NCBI GenBank assembly: GCA_028066355.1
Contig: JALCBP010000003.1
Coordinates: 69,746-133,745, forward strand
Length of the DNA stretch: 64,000 bases
From: Pirellulales bacterium
GTDB lineage: Bacteria; Planctomycetota; Planctomycetia; Pirellulales; UBA1268
Reading direction: 5' to 3'
In this document: one piece after another, positions 46,449-57,046 of the stretch
Layout of the letters: every line of letters begins with the position of its first letter
Position numbering within the stretch: position 1 is the first letter of the stretch
Position numbers and translations under genes: made by a program
Notes under the pieces: generated by a model
What the model saw: only the letters and a program-made list of their open reading frames with translations
Told to the model about the DNA's origin: nothing
The model's database searches: none

Positions 46449-47341
46449 AAAGCGTCTCCAACAGGCTTGGTTATGACCGAAGTATGCTTCTGTGAAGGAG
46501 TAAGTCCGTGCTGCGTAGTTCCAAGTACTCCCCATAAGATTGAAAATGTGAGCAGTGTAAGGCTAACAAGTGACAGCAGTGCTATGACTCTTCGGCCTAT
46601 CGCCCGCTGTCGCATCGCTCGTGATGTACCAGCCACAAACGTGAGCCAAGCAACGAGTGCGCCCATGCGTAGAACAACAGGGTCTGTCCATGGTACGCTC
46701 CCCAAAAGACCGCGTTGCTGATTGACAATATTCAAAATTATTCCTGAAAGAAAGCCAAGGCTGCCTGATACTGCGGCAGTCACGGCCATTCGTGATGACC
46801 AGTTCGATAGCTTTTCCAAACTGGGCATACGAAATCCTTGCAGTGGGGCCTGCTTCCTCGCAAGTCGTCCAGCCTGAATAAGCCACATGCCACCCGCGAG
46901 GCCACCAAGTACCACAGCGACGCTCATAACAAGATTGAAGCTTCCGTGAATAACACCCCAAATTTGTGTTGCAGGACTCTGTGGAAATGGTTCTCGGCTT
47001 GAAAGTTCAGCAACTCCAATAAGAGCTAATACGGCGGGTAGCACAAAAAGCCCAACTGGTGTCCGAGGATTTGAGACTGTCATCCAAAGAGATCCAGCCG
47101 CTAAAAGCCAGGCAGCAAGAAGATACCAATCAAACTCACTCGATAATGGTACCGAAGGAAGTGTGGTCGATCTCCAGATAAGATAGAGGCTGTGTGCAAC
47201 CAGGCCGGCAGTCACAAAACCAATCATTGTGATGCCTCGAACTCCCGACCGAAACCATAGCCGGCTTGCCTCAAATATGAGTGCGACACCATAGCTGGCG
47301 GCAAAGCAAACAACAGAAATTCGCGAGATGAAATCAGTCAT
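46445..47341 (-). CDS. HemX/CcsA-like polytopic membrane protein (cytochrome c assembly family)
   Basis: 298 aa with about 8 hydrophobic segments. It is translationally coupled to hemA (4-nt overlap). Family assignment rests on topology and context only; I did not see a clear WWD motif. Confidence 0.45.
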   Translation of the reverse strand: MTDFISRISVVCFAASYGVALIFEASRLWFRSGVRGITMIGFVTAGLVAHSLYLIWRSTTLPSVPLSSEFDWYLLAAWLLAAGSLWMTVSNPRTPVGLFVLPAVLALIGVAELSSREPFPQSPATQIWGVIHGSFNLVMSVAVVLGGLAGGMWLIQAGRLARKQAPLQGFRMPSLEKLSNWSSRMAVTAAVSGSLGFLSGIILNIVNQQRGLLGSVPWTDPVVLRMGALVAWLTFVAGTSRAMRQRAIGRRVIALLSLVSLTLLTFSILWGVLGTTQHGLTPSQKHTSVITKPVGDAL

Positions 47342-47582
47342 AGAGACCTTTAATAAAAACTCACTCCAAACATGGACAAACTATATGCACAAATATCGAC
47401 GATGATTATGAAGTCAGTGAAGGATCCCACGCAGAATGAACATTGGTTATATAGGGCTAAGACCAGTCTTTATTCCCGAAACAGAGTAATAAACTATTTC
47501 TCATTGTGAACATTCTTATTGTATCCAAGAAATTGATGACTTTGAGCCAACAACGGCTCCTGACAAACTATACTGAGCTATT

Positions 47583-48653
47583 ATGAATGATGATTCTCAT
47601 TTACCAGAACAAAAAGAGCTAGCCACTGGCATCGTTGAAGACTCCCTTTTTATGAGGGCATGTCGGCTTGAACCGGTATCTCGTCCACCAGTTTGGCTCA
47701 TGAGGCAGGCAGGCAGGTATCTTCCAGAATATCGGGCCATTCGTAATAAGACTACATTCTTAGAGCTATGCAAAAACCCAAAGCTTTCTTCTGAAGTCAT
47801 GTTGGCAACAGTGGATCGACTTGGTGTGGATGCAGCAATTATCTTTAGTGATTTGCTGCCACTGTTGCAGCCGATGGGCCTTGATTTGGAATTTGCTGCT
47901 GGTGAAGGACCCATCATACATAATCCACTTCGTAGCAGGGAAGATCTCGATCGATTTCATGAGCTCGTTGATGTTGATTCACTTAGCTTTGTTTTTGAAA
48001 CGGTACATTTAACACGTGCCGGCCTTCAAAAAGAATTGCCTGTCATCGGTTTCGCTGGCGCTCCATTTACTTTGGCAGGATATGCTATCGAAGGAGGAAC
48101 AAGTCGTAATTGGTTGCATACAAAACGATTGATGTTGACCGATCCTGATTCTTGGCACGAACTCATGGAAAGACTTGCAAGAACGATTGCCAGATATCTT
48201 CATGCTCAATTTGACGCTGGAGCAAATGCGGTACAGGTCTTTGATAGCTGGGTAGGTTGTCTCTCACCGGAACACTACAAGGAATTCGTTTTACCCCACA
48301 GCCGCGCCGTCTTTGAATCAATAGCAGGAAGGGGGCCAGCGATTCATTTTGCAGCGGGGAATCCGGATTTGTTGCCGCTTGCGGCTGAAGCAGGTGGCAC
48401 TGTCATGGGTATTGATTGGCGTACGGAATTGGATCATGCCTGGAAGCAGGTGGGGTACGATCGTGGCGTGCAGGGTAATCTAGACCCGGCCGTATTGCAT
48501 ACTACACCCGATGTTGTACGTCGTCGGACGGAAGATATCCTTGCACGTGTTGGGGGCCGCCCGGGACACATCATGAATCTTGGTCACGGCATCTTGCCAG
48601 AAACTCCAGTCGAAAATGTGTTGGAGTTCATCTCAACTGTTAAACAAAAATAG
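47583..48653 (+). CDS. hemE: Uroporphyrinogen decarboxylase
   Basis: PPVWLMRQAGRYLPEYR, IIFSDLL, GFAGAPFTLA and FDSW blocks. Confidence 0.93.
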   Translation: MNDDSHLPEQKELATGIVEDSLFMRACRLEPVSRPPVWLMRQAGRYLPEYRAIRNKTTFLELCKNPKLSSEVMLATVDRLGVDAAIIFSDLLPLLQPMGLDLEFAAGEGPIIHNPLRSREDLDRFHELVDVDSLSFVFETVHLTRAGLQKELPVIGFAGAPFTLAGYAIEGGTSRNWLHTKRLMLTDPDSWHELMERLARTIARYLHAQFDAGANAVQVFDSWVGCLSPEHYKEFVLPHSRAVFESIAGRGPAIHFAAGNPDLLPLAAEAGGTVMGIDWRTELDHAWKQVGYDRGVQGNLDPAVLHTTPDVVRRRTEDILARVGGRPGHIMNLGHGILPETPVENVLEFISTVKQK

Positions 48654-48826
48654 AGAGCCAGTCAACTCGTTGTCGTATCACAGGCAAATTCTCTGAATAT
48701 TTTTCGTCTGTGTTTCTGTGCGAATTGGGGTAAAACTAGGAGTTGGCTTTCACGATTACCAAGGCAGTTCGTTTGAGCATTTGTTTGATTTATTTATTAT
48801 CCATTCGCTAAGTAACAAAAATAAAT

Positions 48827-51800
48827 ATGACCACTTTGGAGCAACGCCTCTTTCATCTTTTTGATCCGCGTGACCGCAAGCGAGCACGGCATCTCGTGCC
48901 AGAAAAAGTTGTCTGTCCCCGTGTTGGCCAAGTCCAGGCAACACTTTCGAGTGATGATGGGACAAACCACGAAGTCTTTCTTGAACTCTCTGCAAATCGA
49001 CGGGGCGGCATGATCCTCGAGAGTCGTTGTACAAGTCCCGATGGACGAGCTGGTAAACCATGTGCACTCGTCGCAGCTGTTCTGCTTGAGGTTGATCGAC
49101 GTGGCCTGCTTAGTGGTATTGCAGAGCAGACACCAGTAACACTCGATATAGTTGTTGATGAGGCAGATGACCTTGAAGATATTGAAGCCGAAAAGTTCTC
49201 GGCATCGCGACAAGAGAACGATGTGGCGTATTCAGGCCAATCACAGTCAGATGGCCTGCAGTTAAATCGGAATCGACATGGTGAGGGACGCTCGGGGCAA
49301 AAAAAAGGGCGACAGCCAGCATGGTCTACTGAACTTGAAAACCGTCGGCGATTGGTTGAGCCAGCATTACGAACAACTAGTGTTGCCCTAGGTGGTTTAC
49401 GAAAAAGTACTGGCACTCTGATGTTTTTACTTGATGCAGCATCGGCTGATAGTCGACTTGTTGCATTACAGCCATGTCGTATGCCGATTGATGAATCTGG
49501 TAATCCTTCTGGTCAACCAAAGCCAATCATTATTGGTCCACAGGCGATTTCGTTTGGTCATTTTGATGCTGATGAAAAGCGTGTCCTTTCCATGCTCGCT
49601 GGCACAATGTCTGCTGAAACACATCATGGTGGCCAGACACTTGAAGAACGTACCATGAGTCGCTTTTTGCTCAGCCGACAATCTGCAGCGAGGGATCTAG
49701 CGATGCTTTGTGCAGAAGGTCGGCTCGTTTTCCAACCAGAGCCCCGTCGCGCACCAGAAGCAATCGTGCCATTAGTGTGGGATGCCGGTCGACCATGGGA
49801 ATTTGCCTTAATCATAGAGCCCGGTGACGATACGGGTCTTGAAGCCTGTCTACAGAATGACCTTGTCTCGAAAAAGGAAAAGCGAGTTTGTCCAAAGAAG
49901 GCCAGTCTCAATGGCCTTCTTGTCAGGGGTAGTGAGCGACAGTCGCTGCAAACACCGAGATTGATTCTGCGAGCTGGGTTTCTCGTGTTTGAAGATCGGC
50001 TGTGTCGACTCGTTATTGACGCTTCTGCAGAGGAAGATCAGGGTGAGTTCTCAGAGCAAGACGAACAAGTGGGTCTTCGAGGCTGGATGGAGCAATTTGA
50101 TAGAAGAGGTCCAATTGAACTTTCTGGGTCACAGGTCGATGGGCTCATTGAGCAGCTTGCTTCACTTGCGGACTTACCCAAACTAGAACTGCCGGGATGG
50201 ACAGGATGGCAGGTCGAGTCAGGAAGGCCGCAGCCGAAATTAGTGCTAGATGATTCACCTAGTGTAAAAGACGAAGAGCAAGTCGAATCTGTTGATCCGG
50301 AGGAATCGCTCGGCCGCCCGAAGCGTAAGTCACGTAAAAGCAAATCAAAAATTCAGCTGGGAGGGAGCATTTGGTTTGATTACGGTGGCATGCAGATAGC
50401 TGCAGATGATCCAGCTGGTGGTGCTGCTGATGCAGCAAGGCGTCGACTTGTTCGCCGAAATAAAATAGCAGAGCGAGAAGCGCTCAAAGCATTGCCACGT
50501 TTTGGATTTTCTCCAGTACGCACCGGACACGCAAGTGCCACTGAAGATGATTCAGCCCCAACGCACCATGTTGAGATTCCTCGTTCACGACTCGATGCAT
50601 CAGTGTCACAATTAGCAAGTGTGGGGTGGGCAGTAGAGGTATCTGGACGACGATATCGGCCAGCTGGAAATGTAGCGTGGAATGTAAATAGCGGGATTGA
50701 TTGGTTTGAACTTTCCGGATCGATTGATTTTGGTGGTGTGATCGCAGATATGCCTGAACTCCTTTCTGCTTTGGCAAGAGGTGATGGAGCAGTTGATTTG
50801 CAGGATGGCTCTCGTGGAATCTTGCCAGCTGACTTTGCCACTCAGCTGGAGCCCCTCCTTGCACTCGCGCAGGAAAAAAATGGCCGTCTACGGTATGGCC
50901 GAATGCAGGCAGCTCTGCTTGATGCACTTATAGCCGGAATGCCACAGTCGCAGGTGGATGATGCATTTTCTGTGATTCGTGATGAACTGGCTGCGGGTGG
51001 TAGGCCTGAACCGGAAAATGAGCCGAATGGATTTGACGGTAGCTTGCGACACTACCAGAAAGAAGGTCTGGGGTGGCTGAGTTTTCTTGAGCGACTAGGC
51101 CTTGGTGGTTGTCTTGCAGATGACATGGGTCTTGGAAAGACCATTCAGGTGCTCGCTTTACTGGTGCGGAGGCAGCGGGTGCTTGAGGAAGCTGGTATAG
51201 CGAAGCGACCGTCACTTGTTATTGTGCCAAAAAGTTTGATTTTTAATTGGATGCAAGAAGCCGAACGTTTTGCGCCAGAATTACGTCTACTCAACTACAC
51301 AGGTCAAGAACGGACTGATTCAGCGGAGAAAATAGACCAATTTGATCTTGTTCTTACAACGTACGGTACCCTCCGTCGTGACATAGCTCAGCACCGAAAA
51401 ACTGATTTTGATTATGTCATTCTTGACGAAGCCCAATCAATCAAAAATGCAACGAGTCAGGCTGCGAAGGCATGCCGGCTGCTACGGGCGAGACAGCGAT
51501 TGGCTCTGACGGGTACGCCAGTTGAAAATCATATCGGTGAACTGTGGAGTATCTTTGAGTTTCTGAATCCAGGGCAGCTCGGAACGGCTGGCCGCCTAAA
51601 AAGATTTCTTGCCGGTGGTCGTGGGAACGGGTCAGAACTTGTGGCACGAGCAGTAAGGCCCTATCTGCTTCGAAGAACAAAAACAGAGGTGCTCACAGAC
51701 CTGCCTGAAAAAACGGAGCAAACACTATTCTGTGAGTTAGGTGACCAACAAAGAAAAGCATATGACGATCTTCGTCAGCATTACCGCAAAGAACTTACAA

Positions 51801-52426
51801 CTCGAATTGGCCAGCAAGGAATCGGTCGTAGTCGCATTGCCGTACTGGAGGCTCTTTTACGACTTCGTCAAGCAGCGTGTCACCCTGGCTTGATAGATGC
51901 AAAAAGAATTGATGATCCGTCTACAAAACTAGATACGCTTTTGGAGCAACTTGATGAAGTGCTCGATGAAGGACACAAGGTGTTGGTGTTTAGTCAATTT
52001 ACAAGTTTTCTTGCGATTCTTCGACAAAAATTAGATGAGCGAGGTCGGACGTATGAATATTTAGACGGCAAGACCACTGATAGACAAAGCCGTGTTGAAA
52101 GGTTTCAGGAAGATTCAGATTGTCGGCTGTTTTTGGTTAGCCTGAAAGCAGGAGGACAGGGTTTGAATCTGACTGCAGCGGACTATGTCTATATTCTTGA
52201 CCCTTGGTGGAACCCGGCAGTGGAGGCCCAAGCTATTGACCGAGCTCATCGCATTGGTCAAACACGGCCTGTTTTTGCCTATCGACTCATTGCCCGAGAT
52301 ACAGTTGAAGAGAAGATTCTTGCCCTTCAGGATCAAAAACGTGAACTCGCAGCATCAATCATTTCTGCAGATACAGGCATTCTTTCAGGACTGACAACCG
52401 AAGATGTCGAAATGTTACTGTCTTAA
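48827..52426 (+). CDS. SNF2-family helicase (RapA/HepA-like) with long N-terminal accessory region
   Basis: LADDMGLGKT (motif I), ILDEAQSIKN (II), LTGTPVEN (III), VFSQFTSFL, LSLKAGGQGLNLTAADYVYILDPWWNPAVEAQAIDRAHRIGQ (V/VI). A Cys-containing SWIM-like patch lies near the N-terminus. Confidence 0.9.
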   Translation: MTTLEQRLFHLFDPRDRKRARHLVPEKVVCPRVGQVQATLSSDDGTNHEVFLELSANRRGGMILESRCTSPDGRAGKPCALVAAVLLEVDRRGLLSGIAEQTPVTLDIVVDEADDLEDIEAEKFSASRQENDVAYSGQSQSDGLQLNRNRHGEGRSGQKKGRQPAWSTELENRRRLVEPALRTTSVALGGLRKSTGTLMFLLDAASADSRLVALQPCRMPIDESGNPSGQPKPIIIGPQAISFGHFDADEKRVLSMLAGTMSAETHHGGQTLEERTMSRFLLSRQSAARDLAMLCAEGRLVFQPEPRRAPEAIVPLVWDAGRPWEFALIIEPGDDTGLEACLQNDLVSKKEKRVCPKKASLNGLLVRGSERQSLQTPRLILRAGFLVFEDRLCRLVIDASAEEDQGEFSEQDEQVGLRGWMEQFDRRGPIELSGSQVDGLIEQLASLADLPKLELPGWTGWQVESGRPQPKLVLDDSPSVKDEEQVESVDPEESLGRPKRKSRKSKSKIQLGGSIWFDYGGMQIAADDPAGGAADAARRRLVRRNKIAEREALKALPRFGFSPVRTGHASATEDDSAPTHHVEIPRSRLDASVSQLASVGWAVEVSGRRYRPAGNVAWNVNSGIDWFELSGSIDFGGVIADMPELLSALARGDGAVDLQDGSRGILPADFATQLEPLLALAQEKNGRLRYGRMQAALLDALIAGMPQSQVDDAFSVIRDELAAGGRPEPENEPNGFDGSLRHYQKEGLGWLSFLERLGLGGCLADDMGLGKTIQVLALLVRRQRVLEEAGIAKRPSLVIVPKSLIFNWMQEAERFAPELRLLNYTGQERTDSAEKIDQFDLVLTTYGTLRRDIAQHRKTDFDYVILDEAQSIKNATSQAAKACRLLRARQRLALTGTPVENHIGELWSIFEFLNPGQLGTAGRLKRFLAGGRGNGSELVARAVRPYLLRRTKTEVLTDLPEKTEQTLFCELGDQQRKAYDDLRQHYRKELTTRIGQQGIGRSRIAVLEALLRLRQAACHPGLIDAKRIDDPSTKLDTLLEQLDEVLDEGHKVLVFSQFTSFLAILRQKLDERGRTYEYLDGKTTDRQSRVERFQEDSDCRLFLVSLKAGGQGLNLTAADYVYILDPWWNPAVEAQAIDRAHRIGQTRPVFAYRLIARDTVEEKILALQDQKRELAASIISADTGILSGLTTEDVEMLLS

Positions 52427-52648
52427 GTGGGATTTTCGACAGATGAGACCTCACATAAACCAAATATATTTATGTAAGTATTTGCAGATGCGACCTGTAA
52501 AGGATAGCGTGTTAGCTGCGTAATAAATCCTGAGTTTATCGCATCCGAAGAACTGAAATAACAAGCAAATATGTCTCATTGCTGGTTATCAAAGATTTGA
52601 TTTAAAGTTGTAGAAGTCTAAATCGTACAAACCCTGCGTACTCTCAAA

Positions 52649-53356
52649 ATGTCCAGCAACGACTCAGTACTTCACCACAACATACTTGTTGTCGATGATG
52701 AGGAAGACCTTCTTGAATTAGTGCGATATACACTTGCGAAGGAAGGACATTCAGTTACATGTGTCGATACCGGAGAAAAGGCTGTTGATTCAGTCAGGCA
52801 GAGTTTGCCGGATCTTCTTGTCCTTGATTTAATGCTTCCTGGAATTGATGGTCTTGAAGTATGTAGGCGTCTCAAGGGAGATTTAAAAACACGTGAAGTA
52901 CCAATCATCATGCTCACAGCTAAGAGCGAAGAGCGAGATGTCATTACTGGCCTTGATGGTGGTGCTGATGACTATGTCACGAAACCTTTTAGTCCACGAG
53001 TCTTGCTTGCCAGAGTAAAATCTTTAATGCGTCGTAAAGATGCAGAATTACGTACTCAGCACGATACGATTATCCAGATTCGAGAACTTGTAATTCATCC
53101 TGGTCGGCATGAGGTGAAGTTACAGGGTGAGTCAATAAACTTGACATATACCGAGTTTGCTCTTCTTCAGTTCCTCGCAAAACGACCAGGGTGGGCGTAC
53201 AGCAGAAGTCAGATTGTCGATGCAGTTAAGGGAGAGGATTATCCAGTTACAGAACGATCAGTTGACGTGCAAGTAGCCGGTTTAAGAAAAAAACTTGGTT
53301 CTTTTGGTGGTAATATTGAGACTGTTCGGGGCGTAGGGTATCGGTTCCGGGCATAA
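52649..53356 (+). CDS. OmpR/PhoB-family response regulator
   Basis: Receiver domain (ILVVDDEEDL, DLLVLDLMLPGIDG, LTAK) plus a winged-helix output (TVRGVGYRF). Confidence 0.9.
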   Translation: MSSNDSVLHHNILVVDDEEDLLELVRYTLAKEGHSVTCVDTGEKAVDSVRQSLPDLLVLDLMLPGIDGLEVCRRLKGDLKTREVPIIMLTAKSEERDVITGLDGGADDYVTKPFSPRVLLARVKSLMRRKDAELRTQHDTIIQIRELVIHPGRHEVKLQGESINLTYTEFALLQFLAKRPGWAYSRSQIVDAVKGEDYPVTERSVDVQVAGLRKKLGSFGGNIETVRGVGYRFRA

Positions 53357-53378
53357 ATCTTAAACCCCTCGTGCTATT

Positions 53379-55184
53379 ATGCCTAAACCCCGTCTTTCAA
53401 GGCAGCTTTTTGGAACTTACGCAGTAGCTTTAGTGATCGTGCTAGCCAGTTGCTACTGGCTCTCAACTGTACGAATAGCTGCTGTCACGGAAGAAGCGGA
53501 GTTCAAGCGGATGGTGTCAATTGCTGTTGGCTTGGCAGAATCTCTTAGAGAAGTTGTCGATCAATCTCAAGAAGAGCAAATCACATCGCTCGTGAATGAA
53601 ATCATTCGTTCAGAACAACAGAGAATAGGGGTGTTTGATTTTCAAGGAAATCGTTTAGGGATGACAGCCTCCGAAGAGTCATTAAACGATACTGTCATCG
53701 ACACATTGCCCGACCTCAAGCACCTTCTTGGCGAAACAGAAGTTGGGAGAATTGCCAAGACAAGCAGGTACAATGTGGATAAAAATAGTCGTCTTCTTGT
53801 AGTCGCTGTTCCATTCGGTCCCATGCATGCTCCGGTAGGGGCCCTCTGCCTGGCGGCAGATACCCATGAGACAGACCATATTCTGTCGGGTTCTCTCAAA
53901 AAGCTTTTGTTTGGTTTTATTTCTGTTGGCTTGTTTGCTCTATTCATTGGATGGCTGATTGCTCTTTGGGTCGCAAAACCAGCACGTGATCTTGCTCGTG
54001 CAATCAAACGTGTTGTAAGTGGTGATGGAACAGAGCCAATACCAAAGCCGGAAGTTGCAGAATTAGCAACGATTGCTGAAGCAACCAGTATTCTTAAAGA
54101 AAGACTTGTAGAGCGAGGCTTGACCCTAGGGCGAAGAGATATTGAACAAGAGGCTGTCCTCGATAGCATGATGGAGGGTGTGCTTGCGGTCGATGTTCGG
54201 CAAAAAATTGTTGGTCTTAATCAAGCAGCAGCAACTCTCTTGAATACCGATATCGACGGTGCTCTACGAAAGCCTCTTCAGAGTATTGTGCGAAATCCAG
54301 CGATTCGCCGCTTTGTTCTTCGAGCAATTGATTGTCGTGAGCCAATAGAGGATGATTTTGATCTTACAGGGCCACCAAAGCGAACAATTCGTGCTCAGGG
54401 TACAGCGCTCCGAGATCCGTCTGGTGAGGGTGGGGCCGTAATCGTCTTAAACGATGTTACGGAGCTAGAGCGACTAGAGGTTGTTCGGCAAGATTTTGTG
54501 GCAAACGTGTCACATGAATTGAAGACACCCATTGCAACAATCAAGGGATTCGTTGAAACACTCCTTGATGGAGCAATCAATGAACCAGATGATAATAAAA
54601 GGTTTTTATCCATTGTTGCAAAACAGGCAGACCGGCTTGAAGCAATAATTGAGGATCTTCTGGCTCTCTCACGGATCGAACAGAGTGAGGAAGCTGGGGC
54701 TCTTCCTCTGGAGCCCACTACGATCGCTGATCTTTTGGCAACTGCATGCTCGGACTGTATGCCCCGAGCTATGGAGCAGGGAATTACAATGAATATTAAT
54801 TGTGACGAGAACCTGATTGCGTCGGTGAATGCACCTCTTTTAGAGCAGGCAGTTGTCAACCTGATTGAAAATGCAGTGAAGTACAGTGGGACGCATCAAC
54901 CAATCTCTATTTCTGCCAGTCTGGAAAAAGTTGCACCTGAAGACAAGGACGAACTTGTGATCAGCGTTGCTGATCATGGCTGTGGAATACAGTCAGAGCA
55001 TCTGCCCCGACTCTTTGAGCGATTTTATCGTGTTGATAAAGGGCGTAGTAGGCAGGCTGGTGGAACAGGACTTGGACTATCGATTGTGAAACACATTGTT
55101 CTGGCTCATGGCGGAACCATCTCGGTTGATAGTCGACCGAACGAGGGTAGTTCATTCTGCCTTCGAATACCGTATGTTCGATAG
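53379..55184 (+). CDS. PhoR-like sensor histidine kinase (2 TM, HAMP, PAS, HisKA, HATPase)
   Basis: H-box SHELKTPIATIKGF, N-box NLIENAVKYS, G-boxes DHGCGI and GGTGLGLSIV. It starts 22 nt after the response regulator gene. Confidence 0.9.
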   Translation: MPKPRLSRQLFGTYAVALVIVLASCYWLSTVRIAAVTEEAEFKRMVSIAVGLAESLREVVDQSQEEQITSLVNEIIRSEQQRIGVFDFQGNRLGMTASEESLNDTVIDTLPDLKHLLGETEVGRIAKTSRYNVDKNSRLLVVAVPFGPMHAPVGALCLAADTHETDHILSGSLKKLLFGFISVGLFALFIGWLIALWVAKPARDLARAIKRVVSGDGTEPIPKPEVAELATIAEATSILKERLVERGLTLGRRDIEQEAVLDSMMEGVLAVDVRQKIVGLNQAAATLLNTDIDGALRKPLQSIVRNPAIRRFVLRAIDCREPIEDDFDLTGPPKRTIRAQGTALRDPSGEGGAVIVLNDVTELERLEVVRQDFVANVSHELKTPIATIKGFVETLLDGAINEPDDNKRFLSIVAKQADRLEAIIEDLLALSRIEQSEEAGALPLEPTTIADLLATACSDCMPRAMEQGITMNINCDENLIASVNAPLLEQAVVNLIENAVKYSGTHQPISISASLEKVAPEDKDELVISVADHGCGIQSEHLPRLFERFYRVDKGRSRQAGGTGLGLSIVKHIVLAHGGTISVDSRPNEGSSFCLRIPYVR

Positions 55185-55241
55185 TCGTTGTGGTTGTCTA
55201 CATAACGATTACTTATCTGGGGTGTTATCCGGTACAAGTTC

Positions 55242-56207
55242 TTAAGTCGGTTTATTTTTCAGATCTTTGTTGAACCGAAGTATTTTTTTCCATGCACTTT
55301 CAGGTGTGTCTGCATATTCGAAAAGATCGAGGTGTTCATGAGAGATAACACCAGAGTCAGCGAGGAAGTCAAAATCAATTACCTTGGACCAGTAATCATG
55401 TCCAAACAAAATAATTGGGATAGGTTGCATTCTGTGCGTCTGCCGGAGCGTGAGTGCCTCAAACATTTCATCAAGTGTTCCAAATCCACCTGGGAAAAGT
55501 ACAGCACCTACAGATCGAAGAATAAAATGAAATTTTCTTAGAGCGAAATATTTAAATTGGAAACAAAGTTCTGGCGTTATAAAAGGATTTGGTTGTTGCT
55601 CTGCAGGCAACTTGATATTCAATCCAATCGATTTACATCCAACATCAAAAGCCCCACGATTCGCAGCCTCCATAATGCCTGGACCACCACCAGTTACTAT
55701 GACGTAGGACCTTTTTTTGTCGCACTGATTATCGAGCGAAACAAGTCGAGCAAACTGCCTTGCGTCATCATAAAAATGGGATAACTCAACAAGCTTCTCA
55801 CTTCGTCGAACTTCAAGGGCAAGTTTTTTGTTGTCAAAATCCATTGACTGATTACGAATGGCTTCCGACAAACGTCTTTCTGCATTATTTTTTTCGGTTA
55901 TTTGTGTTCCACCAAACACAATAACGGTCGATTCGACATTATCTTCTTGAAATGCAAGCTCAGGTTTTCCGAGTTCCAGCAGCATGCGAACGCCTCGCAT
56001 TTCAGTTCGTTCAAGCAGTACACGGTCGTCTTGGGCAAGGCTATAGCTTGGTGAGCGAAGTATTGCCTCCATGTTTTCAGTAACAAGTGCAATGTCATCA
56101 CCGAGTATAGTATTGGGAAGGTGGTTGCACGCGTCAGCATGTGTCTGACTCCAGGGAGTATTCTCTGACGTCTGATTTTTTTCTGTCCTCTTATTTTTTT
56201 TGCTCAT
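55242..56207 (-). CDS. LOG/TIGR00730-family nucleotide 5'-monophosphate nucleosidase-like protein with N-terminal extension
   Basis: GGGPGIMEAANRGA and PGGFGTLDEMFE signatures. It has ~90 extra N-terminal residues compared with minimal LOG proteins. Confidence 0.8.
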   Translation of the reverse strand: MSKKNKRTEKNQTSENTPWSQTHADACNHLPNTILGDDIALVTENMEAILRSPSYSLAQDDRVLLERTEMRGVRMLLELGKPELAFQEDNVESTVIVFGGTQITEKNNAERRLSEAIRNQSMDFDNKKLALEVRRSEKLVELSHFYDDARQFARLVSLDNQCDKKRSYVIVTGGGPGIMEAANRGAFDVGCKSIGLNIKLPAEQQPNPFITPELCFQFKYFALRKFHFILRSVGAVLFPGGFGTLDEMFEALTLRQTHRMQPIPIILFGHDYWSKVIDFDFLADSGVISHEHLDLFEYADTPESAWKKILRFNKDLKNKPT

Positions 56208-56218
56208 TTTTTCTTACT

Positions 56219-57028
56219 TTATGGTGAGGATTCCGCACCGGTTGGAGAAGTTTTCTTCATATGACTTGTTCCTGCAACGGTGACTGCACCACGGTCGATT
56301 CGTAGGGATTCGACTTGCCAACGCCGAGGCAGTCGGCTTTCTGTGGTGGACGAGGATGAATCTGTAAACTGTTGGGGAACAGTTGCCAAAAGGACAATTC
56401 GATCACGATACTGTTGAATATCTATATCTAGCCCAGTTTTTTCTAACATTCTGCTGCATTCTTGGAGAATTGCGTTACGAGGAAGGGGAAGTTGCCCTAC
56501 GCCGGCCCTTTGTACAGTTAAGGCAAATTGATTAGCAGATTTTAGGCGGACTTCAATGTCTGCCCATGCTACTGCTGTAACTCCCCACCTTGAGACTTCG
56601 ATTCCAATACGAAATAGGTGTGGTTCGAGTTTGATCCGCGGACGGGATAATCGACCCCATAATGCGGTTCCAAGGAGTTCAGGGTGGTTTCGAGGCACAT
56701 CATTTCCCAACCATGCATTTATTTCATTTTCACGCACGCTGATACCCCATTCGTTCCTATGGCGAATTTCATCTGAGACGGCTGCAATTTGCGTTATAAA
56801 ACGTCCAGCACTCGACTGATCCCCCGATCCGATATGCACAGCTGATTGATAAAATTGAGGTGGTATTAGGGCAAGAACGAAAACAAAAACCATGATCGTG
56901 CTACAGGCCAGCAGTATAAAAAGAACTGGACGACATGCTTTTAATAGCTCAGCGTTTTCATCAAACGCTCTTTCCCCCTCGTCAGTTTTTAGGTCCTGCG
57001 AAAAATTTTTATCTACAGTATTTTTCAA
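56219..57028 (-). CDS. Hypothetical single-pass membrane protein
   Basis: 269 aa. One hydrophobic helix (VLFILLACSTIMVFVFVLALI) followed by a soluble domain with no motif I recognise. It is wedged between csrA (18-nt gap) and the LOG gene (11-nt gap). Confidence 0.4.
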   Translation of the reverse strand: MKNTVDKNFSQDLKTDEGERAFDENAELLKACRPVLFILLACSTIMVFVFVLALIPPQFYQSAVHIGSGDQSSAGRFITQIAAVSDEIRHRNEWGISVRENEINAWLGNDVPRNHPELLGTALWGRLSRPRIKLEPHLFRIGIEVSRWGVTAVAWADIEVRLKSANQFALTVQRAGVGQLPLPRNAILQECSRMLEKTGLDIDIQQYRDRIVLLATVPQQFTDSSSSTTESRLPRRWQVESLRIDRGAVTVAGTSHMKKTSPTGAESSP

Positions 57029-57046
57029 AACAGAACTCTCTACTGG

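Noticed and set aside
48827-52426. SNF2 helicase as part of a phage-defence island (DISARM/BREX/Zorya-like)
   Set aside because: No methyltransferase, nuclease, PLD or other defence partner is adjacent. The flanks are hemE and a two-component system. The architecture (long N-terminal accessory region plus SNF2 core) fits stand-alone RapA/HepA-like housekeeping helicases.
52453-52475. 7-bp inverted repeat ACATAAA-N9-TTTATGT after the SNF2 gene, as a terminator or Pho box
   Set aside because: The stem is entirely AT-rich with no U-run, and it does not resemble PhoB direct-repeat boxes. It is probably a chance occurrence in an AT-rich spacer.
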